NCBI GenBank assembly: GCA_963706955.1
Contig: CAVPOC010000004.1
Coordinates: 64,001-128,000, forward strand
DNA: 64,000 nucleotides
Direction: 5' to 3'
Origin: an uncultured Verrucomicrobiae bacterium
GTDB lineage: Bacteria > Verrucomicrobiota > Verrucomicrobiia > Chthoniobacterales > Terrimicrobiaceae
In this document: positions 41,326 to 52,077 of the stretch, in pieces
Layout of the letters: each line of letters opens with the position of its first letter
How positions within the stretch are numbered: position 1 is the first letter of the stretch
Position numbers and translations under genes: made by a program
The notes under the pieces: generated by a model
The model's database searches: none
Told to the model about the DNA's origin: nothing
Seen by the model: only the letters and a program-made list of their open reading frames with translations

Positions 41326-43517
41326 CTATCGCAGGAACGCCTCGTACAATCCTCCGTCGACGGTAATGACCTGGCCTGTTGTCTTGCTTAAGCGATCGCT
41401 GACGAGAAGGAAGTAGGCTTCCGCCTGATCCGCCGGGGTAATCGGCGATCGGGTCAGCGTCCGATCTGCGTAGAACTGAGCAAGCTTGTTCACGAGTGAT
41501 TCGGTCTCCTCGTCGTCCGTGTAGGGGATTTCGTACTTGGCAAGTGAGCCGATAACTCGGTCGCGCGGGAACATGGCACTACCCTTGACAACGGTTGCAG
41601 GCGCGACGCCGTTAACGCGCACCAAAGGCGCCAGCTCAATCGACAGTTCGCGCACCAGGTGATTCGCAGCCGCCTTGGAAGCGTCATAGGCAACGCTGCC
41701 TTTCTTGGCTACCACTGCATTTGCACTGCTGGTGAGGACCAGTTTGCCACGCAGGCCTTGTTCTTTCCAAGTCTTCGCGGCCTCGTCGCCAACAAGATAA
41801 CTTCCGGTGACGTTGATGTTGAAGGTGACCGCCCATTTGTCGTCGGGAATGTGTCCGGTAGTGTCGGGCGGGACAAAGATGCCTGCCGTGACGCAGATGG
41901 AGTCAAAACCTCCGTAGGCCAGCGCGGCCTGGTCAAGCATCTCCCGAATCGATTTGCGATCGGTAATGTTTGCCGAGAGACCGATCGCCGGTCCGCACCC
42001 GGAAACTCCTGACCCCGCCACGCCAATACCGGTTCCGTACTTGCCTTCGATCTCTTTGGCAGTTGCCTCGGCGGCTTCCTTATTCAAGTCGACGCTCACG
42101 ATGTGGGCACCATCCTTGACCAGTCGATGCGCGGTTTCCTTGCCGATGCCGCTGCCAGCACCCACCACCACGACAACTTGGCGGGCGAGCTCTTTTTCCG
42201 CTGGCATCCGCTGAAGCTTCGCTTCTTCGAGCAGCCAATATTCAATATCGAAAGCTTCCTGCTGGGGCAGGGCAATATATTCATCGATGGCTTCCGCTCC
42301 GCGCATCACTTCGACCGCGCAGTTATAAAACTCCGCCGTGACACGCGATTCGGACTTGTCCTTGCCCCACGCGATCATGCCCAACCCCGGAATCAGGATA
42401 ACGGTCGGAGTTGCATCGCGCATCGCCGGTGAATTCTCGCGTTTGCAGGTCTTGTAGTAATCCGCGTAGTCCTGGCGGTATTTGACCAAGCCGTCGGCAA
42501 GTTTTTCTTTCAAGCTAGCCGCGTCCTCCGCTTGCGGATTCCAATCCACGTAGAGAGGCTTGATCTTGGTGCGCAGAAAATGGTCCGGGCAACTTGTGCC
42601 CAGTTCGGACAGGCGCGGCGCGTCGTTTGAGTTTACGAAGCGCAAGATCTTCTCGTCGTCCTGAATAGTGCCGATGAAGCGTTTTTGTTGGGAGACCTGG
42701 CCACGCAGCCATGGAAGGATGCGAGCGAGGGTAGCCGCGTCGCTCGTTTTCGCTAAGCGACTGGTATTTCGCTCCGCCGAAAGCCTTCGCGTCTCCCCCT
42801 TTAGCTTGATACTTGTCGTCGATGTATTGCGCTGCCTTCTCAATGAAGCGCAAGGTCTCTGCGTAACAGACCTTCTCATCGTCATGCCAGGAAATGAATC
42901 CGTGCTGACCCATCATGATGGCGCGGACAGCCGGATTTTTCTGAACGATCTCCTGCATCGCCAATCCCAGCTCAAATCCCGGCCGCATCCAGGGAACATA
43001 AGCCATCTCATCGCCAAATATTTCCTTGGTCAGCTCCTCGCAACGGCGGCTTGCGGCGACAGAGATAATCGCATTCGGATGCATATGATCGACGTGCTTT
43101 AGCGGAGATAAAGCTATGCAAGGGGGTATCGATCGAACTGGCGCGCGGATTGAGATTGAAGGTTGCATGGAAATACATGGCGACCATGTCATCCTCGGCT
43201 TGCGACTTTAGACCCTTATCATTGCGTCTTCCGTAGAGCTTTTGCAGATCAAGAAGCTTCTGCTGGTAAAGCGAGGAGAAGTTCTCGCGCTTCGAGGTCC
43301 GCAAATCGCCGCCGGATCCCTTCACCCAAAGCACTTCGGTCTCTTCGCCGGTCAGTGGATCCTTTTCTTTGATCTTCGCGGAAGTATTTCCTCCGCCCGT
43401 GTTGGTTATCCGTTGATCACTGCCCAGCAGATTCGAGCGATAGACGAGCCGGCCAACGGGATCGAGTTTGGACGCGACCGCGTCGTCCCACAGAAAATTT
43501 ACGAATTTATAAGTCAT
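41326..43517 (-). CDS. rhaEW: Bifunctional rhamnulose-1-phosphate aldolase / lactaldehyde dehydrogenase (RhaEW), two frameshifts
   Basis: RSNLLGSD..TNTGGGNTSAK, KGSGGD, SIDTPLH, HMHP, SCPDHFLRTK, EYWLLEEAK, SDR GAGSGIG..YDASK. Confidence 0.92.
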
Positions 43518-43519
43518 AA

Positions 43520-44998
43520 TTAGGTTGCAAGTTTAAGTTGCGCAAAGCGACGGTAAGCGTCTTGCCAGTTCGTCGAATCAACGGGCTGGAAGGTCCTCAG
43601 GGGGAAAGAATTGCTGACGATCTGCCGCAGGGCCGAAAGCGACTCCACTTGTCCGAGGGCGATGGCCTGAATAAGGATGTTTCCTGCGGCGGTGGCCTCC
43701 ACGGGCCCGGCAACCACCTCATGATTGGTGGCGTTGGCGGCAAACTGGTTTAGCAGGGCGCTCTGGCTGCCGCCGCCAACAATGTGCAATCGACTGATCG
43801 AGCGCCCGGTCAATCCTTCGATTTCCTCGAGCGCGGCACGATAGGAAAGGGCCAGACTTTCCAGGATACAGCGGGCGACTTGGCTGCGGGTCTCCGGCGG
43901 CGGCTGCCCGGTCTCTCGGCAATACGCCGCGATCAGCGCGGGCATGTCGCCGGATTTTGCGAAGCGGGCGGCATTCGGGTTGATCAACGAGCGGAAGGGC
44001 TCAGCATCGTTGGCTTCCGCGGTGAGACTCGCGTAGTCCAGTTCGATGCCTTGTTTCGCCCAGACGCGCCGTGATTCCTGGAGAAGCCAAAGCCCGACGA
44101 TGTTCTTGAGGAACCGCGTCGTTCCCCCGTAACCAGACTCGTTGGTGAAATTGTGGGCGCGGCTTTCTTCGTTGATGAGCGGCTCCGGCAGCTCCACGCC
44201 GATCAGCGACCAAGTTCCGGAAGAAAGGTACGCCCAGTCGTCGCCTTGTGCAGGAACCGCGGCGACAGCCTCACCGGTGTCATGCGAGCAAGTCGCGATC
44301 ACCTGCGGGCCGGTCAGTCCAGTCTCGGCGCAGACATCCGGCAACAAGGGTCCGACGACAGTGCCCGGTCGCACTACTTTCGGGAAGATCTTCTTTGGAA
44401 ACCCGCAAAGTTCGATCAGGCGCTCCGACCATGAGCGCGTGCGGGGATTGTAGAGCTGCGTCGTGCTCGCCAAGCTTTCATCAACGCAGGCCACCCCGGA
44501 AAAGAGGTAGTTAAAATAGTCGCCAATCGTTAGAAAACAATCCGCAGCCTCGAGGATGGCCCGGCTTTTCTCCACATCGGAGGCAAGGTGATAGATTGTA
44601 TTGATGGGCATAAATTGAATGCCCGTTTCTTCAAAGATTAACTTTGCGCCGACTTTTTCTCGCACGCGTTCATAGGTCGCCGCCGTGCGGTCATCACGGT
44701 AATGAAAGGGAGGCGAAATCGTGGGATGCACCGAATTGATCAGCACGTAATCGACACCCCACGAGTCGACACTCAGGCCGAGGATCGGAATATTGCGTTT
44801 CGCAACCTCGCGCAAACCCGTCTTCAGTTCTTCGTACACTCGCAACACATCCCAGCGCAGCGAGCCGAGAACACGCACGACGGCGCTGGGGAAACGATGA
44901 ATTTCCTCGAGACTTAGCTGGCCGTCCTGAAGCCGCCCTAACATTACGCGTCCGCTCTCTGCGCCGAGATCGCAGGCAATATAGTGGCTTGAATTCAC
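43520..44998 (-). CDS. rhaB: Rhamnulokinase
   Basis: [56 protein letters not shown]. Confidence 0.93.
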   Translation of the reverse strand: MNSSHYIACDLGAESGRVMLGRLQDGQLSLEEIHRFPSAVVRVLGSLRWDVLRVYEELKTGLREVAKRNIPILGLSVDSWGVDYVLINSVHPTISPPFHYRDDRTAATYERVREKVGAKLIFEETGIQFMPINTIYHLASDVEKSRAILEAADCFLTIGDYFNYLFSGVACVDESLASTTQLYNPRTRSWSERLIELCGFPKKIFPKVVRPGTVVGPLLPDVCAETGLTGPQVIATCSHDTGEAVAAVPAQGDDWAYLSSGTWSLIGVELPEPLINEESRAHNFTNESGYGGTTRFLKNIVGLWLLQESRRVWAKQGIELDYASLTAEANDAEPFRSLINPNAARFAKSGDMPALIAAYCRETGQPPPETRSQVARCILESLALSYRAALEEIEGLTGRSISRLHIVGGGSQSALLNQFAANATNHEVVAGPVEATAAGNILIQAIALGQVESLSALRQIVSNSFPLRTFQPVDSTNWQDAYRRFAQLKLAT

Positions 44999-45122
44999 TT
45001 CGCTGAGAACAGAGGAGAGAAGTCCCTGGAGGTGGTTATTTCATCACAGGAATGCAGAGACGAAAAGCGCATTGTCAACGCCGGGGCGTTTATCGCGGGT
45101 TGAGCTCTATCTGCTTTTCTGC

Positions 45123-45447
45123 TCATGGAGCGGCGTCGATATGAAAGACTTCCTTGAGTTCGCGAGAAATCGGACTGTTGTCCGCATTCGATGGCATGAT
45201 TTCCTTCATGTACGCACCACCAACTTTTGCAGATGGGCGTCTGGGCGATCGCCGACCAGCGTTCTTCGTCTTCGATCTCGGCATAGCCGAAAAGTTGACG
45301 GGTCTCCGGGTCGAGAAATATCGAGTAGTTCAACACTCCATGGCGCTTAAGGACGGCTTCCAGCTCAGGCCAAATCGGGGAGTGTCGCCGTTCATATTCT
45401 TCCTCCATTCCTCTGTTCACCGACATGACGAAAGCCTTGCGTTTCAT
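45123..45447 (-). CDS. rhaM: L-rhamnose mutarotase, frameshift near the C-terminus
   Basis: [42 protein letters not shown]. Confidence 0.9.
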
Positions 45448-45452
45448 AACTG

Positions 45453-46714
45453 TCAGGACCGCTTGGAAAGAATCAGAGCTTTCGTAGGACTTGACATCCT
45501 GAAGCCAGTCGGCGCCGGTCGGGACGTTTTGGCGGCGACAATACTCATCCCAGATCGCACCGAAGGGAAGCGTCTTGATTTCTTCCAGGAGTGCGAGTCG
45601 CTGCGTGTAGTCTCCGTCACTTTCCAGTTTGCGCAATTTGGAGATCGGCTCGAGCAGCGCCAAGAGAAGGGCCTTGATCGCATTTCGAGTGCCCACCACC
45701 CATGCGGCGATACGGTTTATGCTGGCATCGAAAAAGTCCAACCCGATGGAGGTGCGGGCAAGAAAATCGCCGCGGACGAGTTCTTCCATGATCGCCTTCG
45801 TCGGGTCGTCGAGTGAGACAACGTGATCGCTATCCCATCTCACGCCGCGACTCACGTGCAGCAAGAGCGCGGGAACCCATCGCAAGACCGACGAAATCTT
45901 ATCCGCCAGCAGCTCGGTCGGATGAAAATGCCCGGCGTCAAGGCAATACAGTTTTCGATTTTTGATCGCGTAGCCGAGATAAAATTCGTGCGATCCGACG
46001 ACATAACTTTCGCTCCCGATGCCAAAAAGTTTGCTTTCGACAGCGTCCAGGTTGTGCTTCGGGATCAATTGGCTCGGCAAAGATTTCGTCCAACGCCGCC
46101 TCGAGCCGATCGCGCGGCGCATTCCGGTCGATCGGAGTATCTTTGTATCCATCCGGAATCCAGTAGTTGGTCACCGCGGGGGTGCCGATTTGCTTTCCCA
46201 TGTCGGCGGCGATCCGACGGCAAGCCTGGCCGTGTTCGATCCAGAAGGACCGAACCGCCGAGTCGGAGCTCGAAAGTGTGAACCCGTCATTGGCTAATGG
46301 GTGGGAAAAAAAGCTCGGGTTAAAGTCAAGCCCGAGGCTTCGTTCCTTGCACCAGTCGATCCAGCTTTGAAAATGATCGGTCGTGAGTTCGTTGCGCGGA
46401 ACCGGTTTTGCTGCGCTGAAGTCGGCATAGAGGGCGTGAAGGTTCAGCCGGTGTCTACCTGGAATCAGCGAAAGCGCTTTGTCGATGTCCTGCCGCAACT
46501 CCTGAATGGAGCGGGCCTTGCCAGGATAGTTGCCGGTGGCTTGGATGCCGCCTCCGCTGAGTGCTCCGCCTCCGGATTCAAAGCCGCCGACGTCATCGCC
46601 TTGCCAGCAGTGCAAAGAGATCGGAATCGCTTCCAGCCTCTTCAAGGCGGCTTCAGTGTCGACGCCCCAGGAGGCGTATACTTCGCTGGCCCAAGTGTAT
46701 TGTTCTGTGCTCAT
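45453..46714 (-). CDS. rhaA: L-rhamnose isomerase, frameshifted
   Basis: [78 protein letters not shown]. Confidence 0.94.
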
Positions 46715-46751
46715 CTCTTCTGGATGGGTCCGGTGTATTCCAGCCGCCTAC

Positions 46752-46774
46752 GAGCGGCGCGACCCGCGCCGCTC
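46752..46774. repeat. GC-rich intergenic inverted repeat between rhaS and rhaA
   Basis: GAGCGGCGCG-ACC-CGCGCCGCTC, perfect 10-bp stem, no U-tract. Confidence 0.7.
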
Positions 46775-46794
46775 CCAGACTTTGCTGGACTCAC

Positions 46795-47777
46795 TCAGAA
46801 GTTGAATTGATCGATATTGTCCTTCACGAAAATGAAGGGCTTTCCGAGGAGGACGTTGTCGCCCTTGACTTCAAGGGACTCCGAGGCGTCCGGCTTCCAG
46901 GGTGGCTGGCACCCGGTTTGAGCGTGCCGTCGGCGAGGGCCTTAGCTGCGTAGACCGTCAAATAGCCGAGATCTTCGGTATTCCAGAGGACAACACCGGT
47001 GGTGATGCCATCGTGCACGTAGCGCTTGTTTTCGTTCGGAAGCCCAAGGCCGACGACTTTCACATCCTTGCGCCCGCTCTGCTTGACGGCTTCTGCGGCG
47101 CCGGGAACGGCCGGTGAGCAAACCGCCATGAGCACTTTAACGTTGGGGTTGGAGTTGAGAATGGCGGTCGCTTCGCTGAATGCCTTGTCCTTCAAATCGT
47201 CGCAGGGACGCAGGGCCGCCAGCTTGATATCAGGATACTTTTCTTCCATGCGTTGCTTGATGTTTTTGATCCACTCATTCTGGTTCGCAGCGGTCAGCGA
47301 GGATGTGATGATGGCGAACTCGCCTTTGTCGCCGAGCGCCTTCGCAGCCTCGTCCATCAAGGTGTAGCCAATACCTTCGGGAGTGGCCTGGTTGATCAGG
47401 AAGTCGCGGGCATCGGGTTCGGCGTCCGCATCCCAAGTAATAATCTTAATGCCTTTGTCCTTGGCTTTACGAAGAGCGGTCGAGAGACCCTCGCGATTCT
47501 CGACCGAAACCGCAATCACGTCGACCCCACGCGTGATCCATGTTTCGACGATCTCGTTTTGTTTGGCGGGGTCTGGTTCCGTAGGACCATCCCAGAGCAA
47601 TTTCACGCCGAGCTCTTTGGCGGCCTGCTCGGCGCCTTTGCGGCAGGAAATGAAGTAGGCATTGCCTTTGCTCTTTGGCATCATGGCAATCGTTAGGGGT
47701 TTGTCGGCCGCGTTGCCTGTTGCGGCGGCGCCCAACACAAGAGATACTGATAAGAGTGCTGTTAGGAGTTTTTTCAT
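46795..47777 (-). CDS. rhaS: Rhamnose ABC transporter substrate-binding protein; C-terminus frameshifted
   Basis: Signal peptide; PKSKGNAYF, ITWDAD, AANQNEWI, LGLPN, LWNTEDLGY; terminal DNIDQFNF. Confidence 0.88.
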
Positions 47778-47846
47778 GGAATTGGATGAGGTGTGTTATT
47801 ATCGAGCTGTCGATGTATGGATTATGGATGACTTAGAGTTGTGGCT

Positions 47847-48875
47847 TTAGGTCTGAGGTTTCGGTTGGGAGGTTGGTGCGACGGACTTTGCTCCCGCCGG
47901 TTTGCGCAGGCGCGGAAGGGCTTTTGTGAGCGCCTCGCCAGCGAGAACGCTTAGCAAGAGGACACCGGTGAGAATCCCTGCGAGCTCGCTGGGCATGTCG
48001 GACAATGTAAGGCCGTTTCTCAGGACGGCCAGGACGGCCAGCCCTAAAAGGGTGCCATGGACGGTGCCGATGCCTCCAAAGATCGAGGTTCCGCCAAGCA
48101 CGACCGCGGTGATGGCGAGAAGTTCATAGCCCGTCCCGGCGTCCGCCTTGGCCTGCCCCACCCGCGCCACATAGATCAAGGCGGCCAGTGCCGAGAAGAC
48201 GCCCGACAGGATGTAAACGAGCGCAACACGCCGATCGACCGGAATGCCCGCGTAGCGCGTTCCGTCGGGCGAGAAACCGATCGCACGAAACGAGCGTCCA
48301 AAGGTGGTCCGATGGATCAGCAGCCAGATGCCGATGGCCGCCAAGACTAGAATCGGCAACTGAGCGGGAATTACGCCGAAGAGGTATCCCTGGCCGAGAA
48401 AAAGGAATGACGCCGGGAAACCTGTAAAGTTGTCGACTCCACGAGTGATCGCCTCGGCGAGCCCGCGAAAGAGAGAGAAGGATCCCAGAGTTACGATCAG
48501 TGGTGGCAGTTTCAGACGTGTAATAAGAGCTGCATTCAATCCACCGGCGGCTGCTCCGATCAGCAGGGTGCAGAGAGCAGCGAGCCACGGTGGCAGCCCG
48601 GCGTCGCGCCAGAGCTTTCCAAATGAAATTGCGCAGAGTCCGAGAAGCGATCCAACGGACAGATCAATGCCGCCAGTCAGGATGATCGGCGTCATCACGA
48701 GGGCGAGCAAACCCAGTTCCACGCTCAAACGGACAATCTCAAGCGCGTTTCCGGTCGTCGTAAAGTTTTCGGCCGTCTGCGAAAAGATGAAGATCTCTGC
48801 GAGGAGCACTGCGATGAGCAGTGTCTCGAAGCGGAGCAGGAATGCCTTCCAGTCTGGAGTTGAATGATTCGTCAT
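47847..48875 (-). CDS. rhaQ: Sugar ABC transporter permease (RhaQ-like)
   Basis: GGIDLSVGS, IVTLG, TFGR..AIG, YELLAITAVVLGGTSI.GG.G. Confidence 0.85.
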   Translation of the reverse strand: MTNHSTPDWKAFLLRFETLLIAVLLAEIFIFSQTAENFTTTGNALEIVRLSVELGLLALVMTPIILTGGIDLSVGSLLGLCAISFGKLWRDAGLPPWLAALCTLLIGAAAGGLNAALITRLKLPPLIVTLGSFSLFRGLAEAITRGVDNFTGFPASFLFLGQGYLFGVIPAQLPILVLAAIGIWLLIHRTTFGRSFRAIGFSPDGTRYAGIPVDRRVALVYILSGVFSALAALIYVARVGQAKADAGTGYELLAITAVVLGGTSIFGGIGTVHGTLLGLAVLAVLRNGLTLSDMPSELAGILTGVLLLSVLAGEALTKALPRLRKPAGAKSVAPTSQPKPQT

Positions 48876-48891
48876 CGAATGATCCGTGCGA

Positions 48892-49824
48892 TTAGAGTTT
48901 CTTGCGCACCGAGCGCCAGCCGTCCGCGGCGACGGCGAGGAGGATGATCAAGCCTTGCAATGCCTTTTCCCATTGGGGCTGCAGATGTAGGAAAACCAGG
49001 GCGGGGGCAATGGAGGAAAGAAGAAGAACGCCGGCTGCGACGCCCCAGAGATATCCCCGCCCGCCGGAGATGGCCACTCCCCCAACGACGGCGGCGGCAA
49101 TGGCCTTGAGTTCGAGGCCCTGGCCTGCTTTGGGATCCACGTCTGGAAAGCGCACCGCGTTTAGCAGCGCCGCGAGTCCGGTGAGTGCACCCATGAGAAC
49201 GAAAACCGCAAAGGTCACCTTCTGGGGATGGATGCCCGCGAGCCTGGCAGCCTCTTTGTCCGAGCCGACGGCGTAGACGAAGCGCCCGGCTGAAATATGC
49301 TTGAGCGCAAATGCAAGGAAGAGGAACAGAAGAACAGCGATAGCGATGATCGTGAATTGTCCCGCCTGCTGGCTAAGGCCGAACCACTGGAAAGTGTCGG
49401 GAAGATTGCTGACGAACTCGCCTTCTCGCCACCACCGCAGAGCCTCTCGCCACGTCACCATGGTTGCTAGAGTCACGACGATGGAAGGGATACCGAGGAA
49501 CGCGACCAAGGCTCCATTGAAGGCACCCATGGTTGCCCCACAGAGGATGGCGACAATCCCAACGAGCGGCATCGGCCAACCGTTGCTTGCAGCCAGGCCT
49601 GCGAAGACGCTGCAAAGAGCGAACTGCGAGCCGATGGAAATGTCGATCTGCCGGCAAATAATCACGAGGGTCATGCCGCAAGCGGCAATCAAGACCGGCA
49701 CCGCATCGCAGAGCATCGAAAGAAGCTGCGCGGGTTTGAAGAATTCCGGCGCGCGAAAGGCGAGCAAGAGCAGGATGGCCAGAAACGCAACGAAGACCGA
49801 CCATTCGCGAAAATAACGTTTCAT
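48892..49824 (-). CDS. rhaP: Sugar ABC transporter permease (RhaP-like)
   Basis: QIDISIGS, PSIVVTLAT, YAVGSD..AARLAGI, LELKAIAAAVVGG. Confidence 0.85.
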   Translation of the reverse strand: MKRYFREWSVFVAFLAILLLLAFRAPEFFKPAQLLSMLCDAVPVLIAACGMTLVIICRQIDISIGSQFALCSVFAGLAASNGWPMPLVGIVAILCGATMGAFNGALVAFLGIPSIVVTLATMVTWREALRWWREGEFVSNLPDTFQWFGLSQQAGQFTIIAIAVLLFLFLAFALKHISAGRFVYAVGSDKEAARLAGIHPQKVTFAVFVLMGALTGLAALLNAVRFPDVDPKAGQGLELKAIAAAVVGGVAISGGRGYLWGVAAGVLLLSSIAPALVFLHLQPQWEKALQGLIILLAVAADGWRSVRKKL

Positions 49825-49843
49825 TTGTCTTGTGCTTTGGGTG

Positions 49844-51389
49844 TCAGATTGTCTTTGAATCCGCAGAGGAACTGCTCTTTCCATTTCCTCCCGTTTGGCC
49901 GAGTGCGGCTACCATCACATCATGGGCATTTGCTTCCGCTGCCGTGAACTCGCGGACAATGGTCCCGCCATGCATGACGGCGATACGGTCGCTCATACCT
50001 AAGACCTCAGTTAAGTCCGACGAGATCATCATTACGGCCAGGCCTTCCTTTGTCAGGCGCCGGATGATCTTGTGAATTTCCGATTTTGCTCCGACGTCGA
50101 CACCCTGGGTAGGCTCGTCCAGGATGAGGACCTTGGGCTTAGTGGCGAGCCAACGAGCCAGCGAAACTTTTTGCTGGTTGCCGCCGGAGAGGGCGCCTCC
50201 AGGGGCGTCCGTTGATGGGAGTCTTCACACCGAGATCCCGAACATAGTTGCGCGCAAGGTCGCGTTCTGCTCCGAAGCGCAACCAGCTTCCTGGAAAGAA
50301 TGTCGGGTGAATGCTCATGGTCATGTTCGCGGCGACCGGCATCTCCAAAATCACTCCATGGCGTCGTCGGTCCTCTGGCACGTAACCAATGCCATGTTCA
50401 ACTGCCTCTCGGGGCGAACGAATCGAAACCTTCTCTCCGGCCAGCGAAATTGTTCCGGTGTCGGCGGGAGTTATTCCGAATAGAACGCGGGCCAACTCCG
50501 TTCGACCAGCCCCAACTATTCCGGCGAATCCAACGACCTCACCGGAACGGAGATCAAGGTCAACATCGTGAACGCCGGATTCTTGACAACCGACTCCGCG
50601 CAGAGATAGCGCGACGTCGGCAGGTGAGGTCTCAGAAGGAGGATAGAGCGCAGAGACCTCTCTACCGACCATGAGCTTGATGAGGGTGGACTCGTTCATG
50701 CCCATGGTGTCTTGGGTGGCGATGCTTTCGCCATCTCGCAGGACGGTTACTCGGTCGGCGAGGGCAAAAATCTCCTCCATTCGGTGCGAGATGTAGATTA
50801 CACCTACGCCCTGCTCGCGGAGATCGCGCACCACGGAGTAGAGAAGGTGCACTTCCTTCTGGGTGAGAGAAGCCGTCGGCTCGTCCATAATGAGGATGCG
50901 CGCTCCGGCTCCGAGCGAGCGAGCGATTTCCACGAGTTGCTGCTCTGGCATCGAAAGATTGCGGACTTCTGTGTCGGGCTCAATCGCTGCCCCAATTCGC
51001 TTGAGAAATTGCCGGGCTTGATTGCGCCGATCGCTCCAGGCAATGCGACTTGCAGCGGAAGGAGTCTCCAGCCCGAGGGCAATGTTTTCCGCCACGCTCA
51101 AGTCGGGAAAAAGGGCCGGCTGCTGGTAGATCGCCGCGATGCCCATTGCTCTTGCTGTGGCAGGATCGATTCGGGTCACCGGTTTTCCTTCGATCTCAAT
51201 AGTGCCGGAATCGGGTTGATGCGCCCCGGTGATGACTTTGATGAGCGTTGATTTGCCGGCGCCGTTCTCCCCGAGCAGGGCATGCACCTCGCCTCGGTGC
51301 AGGTCAAAAGAAACCCCCCTCAATGCCCGGACGGCTTGAAACGATTTCGTAATCTCACGCAGTTGGAGGAGTGGAGGGGCAGTTTGCAT
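49844..51389 (-). CDS. rhaT: Sugar ABC transporter ATP-binding protein (RhaT-like), frameshift near 50200
   Basis: [25 protein letters not shown], second NBD with LSGGNQQK and DEPTQGVD. Confidence 0.9.
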
Positions 51390-51468
51390 CGATGGAAATA
51401 GCGTGTTACTTAGACCTTCGTTCTACGGTTTAGCGGTGGGAACCATTAAGACACCGTTAGCGTTTCCA

Positions 51469-51507
51469 CAAATGAGAAAAGTGTCGTTTGCGATGCACAA
51501 ATTGACG
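51469..51507. promoter_or_regulatory. Putative regulator-binding site, copy 1 of a 39-bp direct repeat
   Basis: CAAATGAGAAAAGTGTCGTTTGCGATGCACAAATTGACG; 33/39 identical to 51841-51879. Confidence 0.6.
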
Positions 51508-51840
51508 GCACGTCGAAAGTCTTGGGAGCGCCCGACGAAAGCCCTGCCTCTGGAAAATAATGTCGGCCAGACCCGACTAATGCTTCGGTGATCTGGCAAC
51601 CAACACGCTTCGGGCTGCCAAGAGTGCCGATATGTAGCGGGATGGAAATCAGGGATGTCATAGGAAACTGTCAATGAGCATTCAACGTGCTTACGGCCGC
51701 GGCACTCGTAGATCTGCAGACGGCCGATTCGCCGAGTTTTTAGACATTCGTTCTGGTGGACTTTACAGCAGGTCGTTGGAGGTTCTGTGGGTTGGTGTTC
51801 GGTGGGATGAAGAATGTATAAATCGAGGCGGCGGCGTCGG

Positions 51841-51879
51841 CAAATGAGAAAACTGCCGTTTGGCATATACAAATTGACG
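51841..51879. promoter_or_regulatory. Putative regulator-binding site, copy 2 of a 39-bp direct repeat
   Basis: CAAATGAGAAAACTGCCGTTTGGCATATACAAATTGACG. Confidence 0.55.
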
Positions 51880-52077
51880 ATAGTGGAACGCTCCGAATTC
51901 TCAAACAACATCCCATGGTTCCGAGGCAATACTCTTAGATTAATTCTAAGCTTCGTGGCTTAGAGGATGCCACCGCCGGCAAGCCCTCGACCGTGAGGAC
52001 ACGATTGCTACAACAAGTGTGGCCGGCGCTGAAAAGATTTCAATGGACCACTGTGCGATTGGGCCGCTCCCGCGCTC

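Noticed and set aside
44995..46152. Apparent RhaA-RhaM fusion ORF
   Set aside because: An indel near 45480 bypasses the rhaA stop at 45453, and rhaM has its own ATG at 45447.
51469..51879. CRISPR interpretation of the 39-bp repeat pair
   Set aside because: Only two imperfect copies 372 bp apart, and no cas genes.
51423..51929. 168-aa ORF in the rha leader region
   Set aside because: No domain-like features or clear RBS, and it overlaps the probable promoter motifs.
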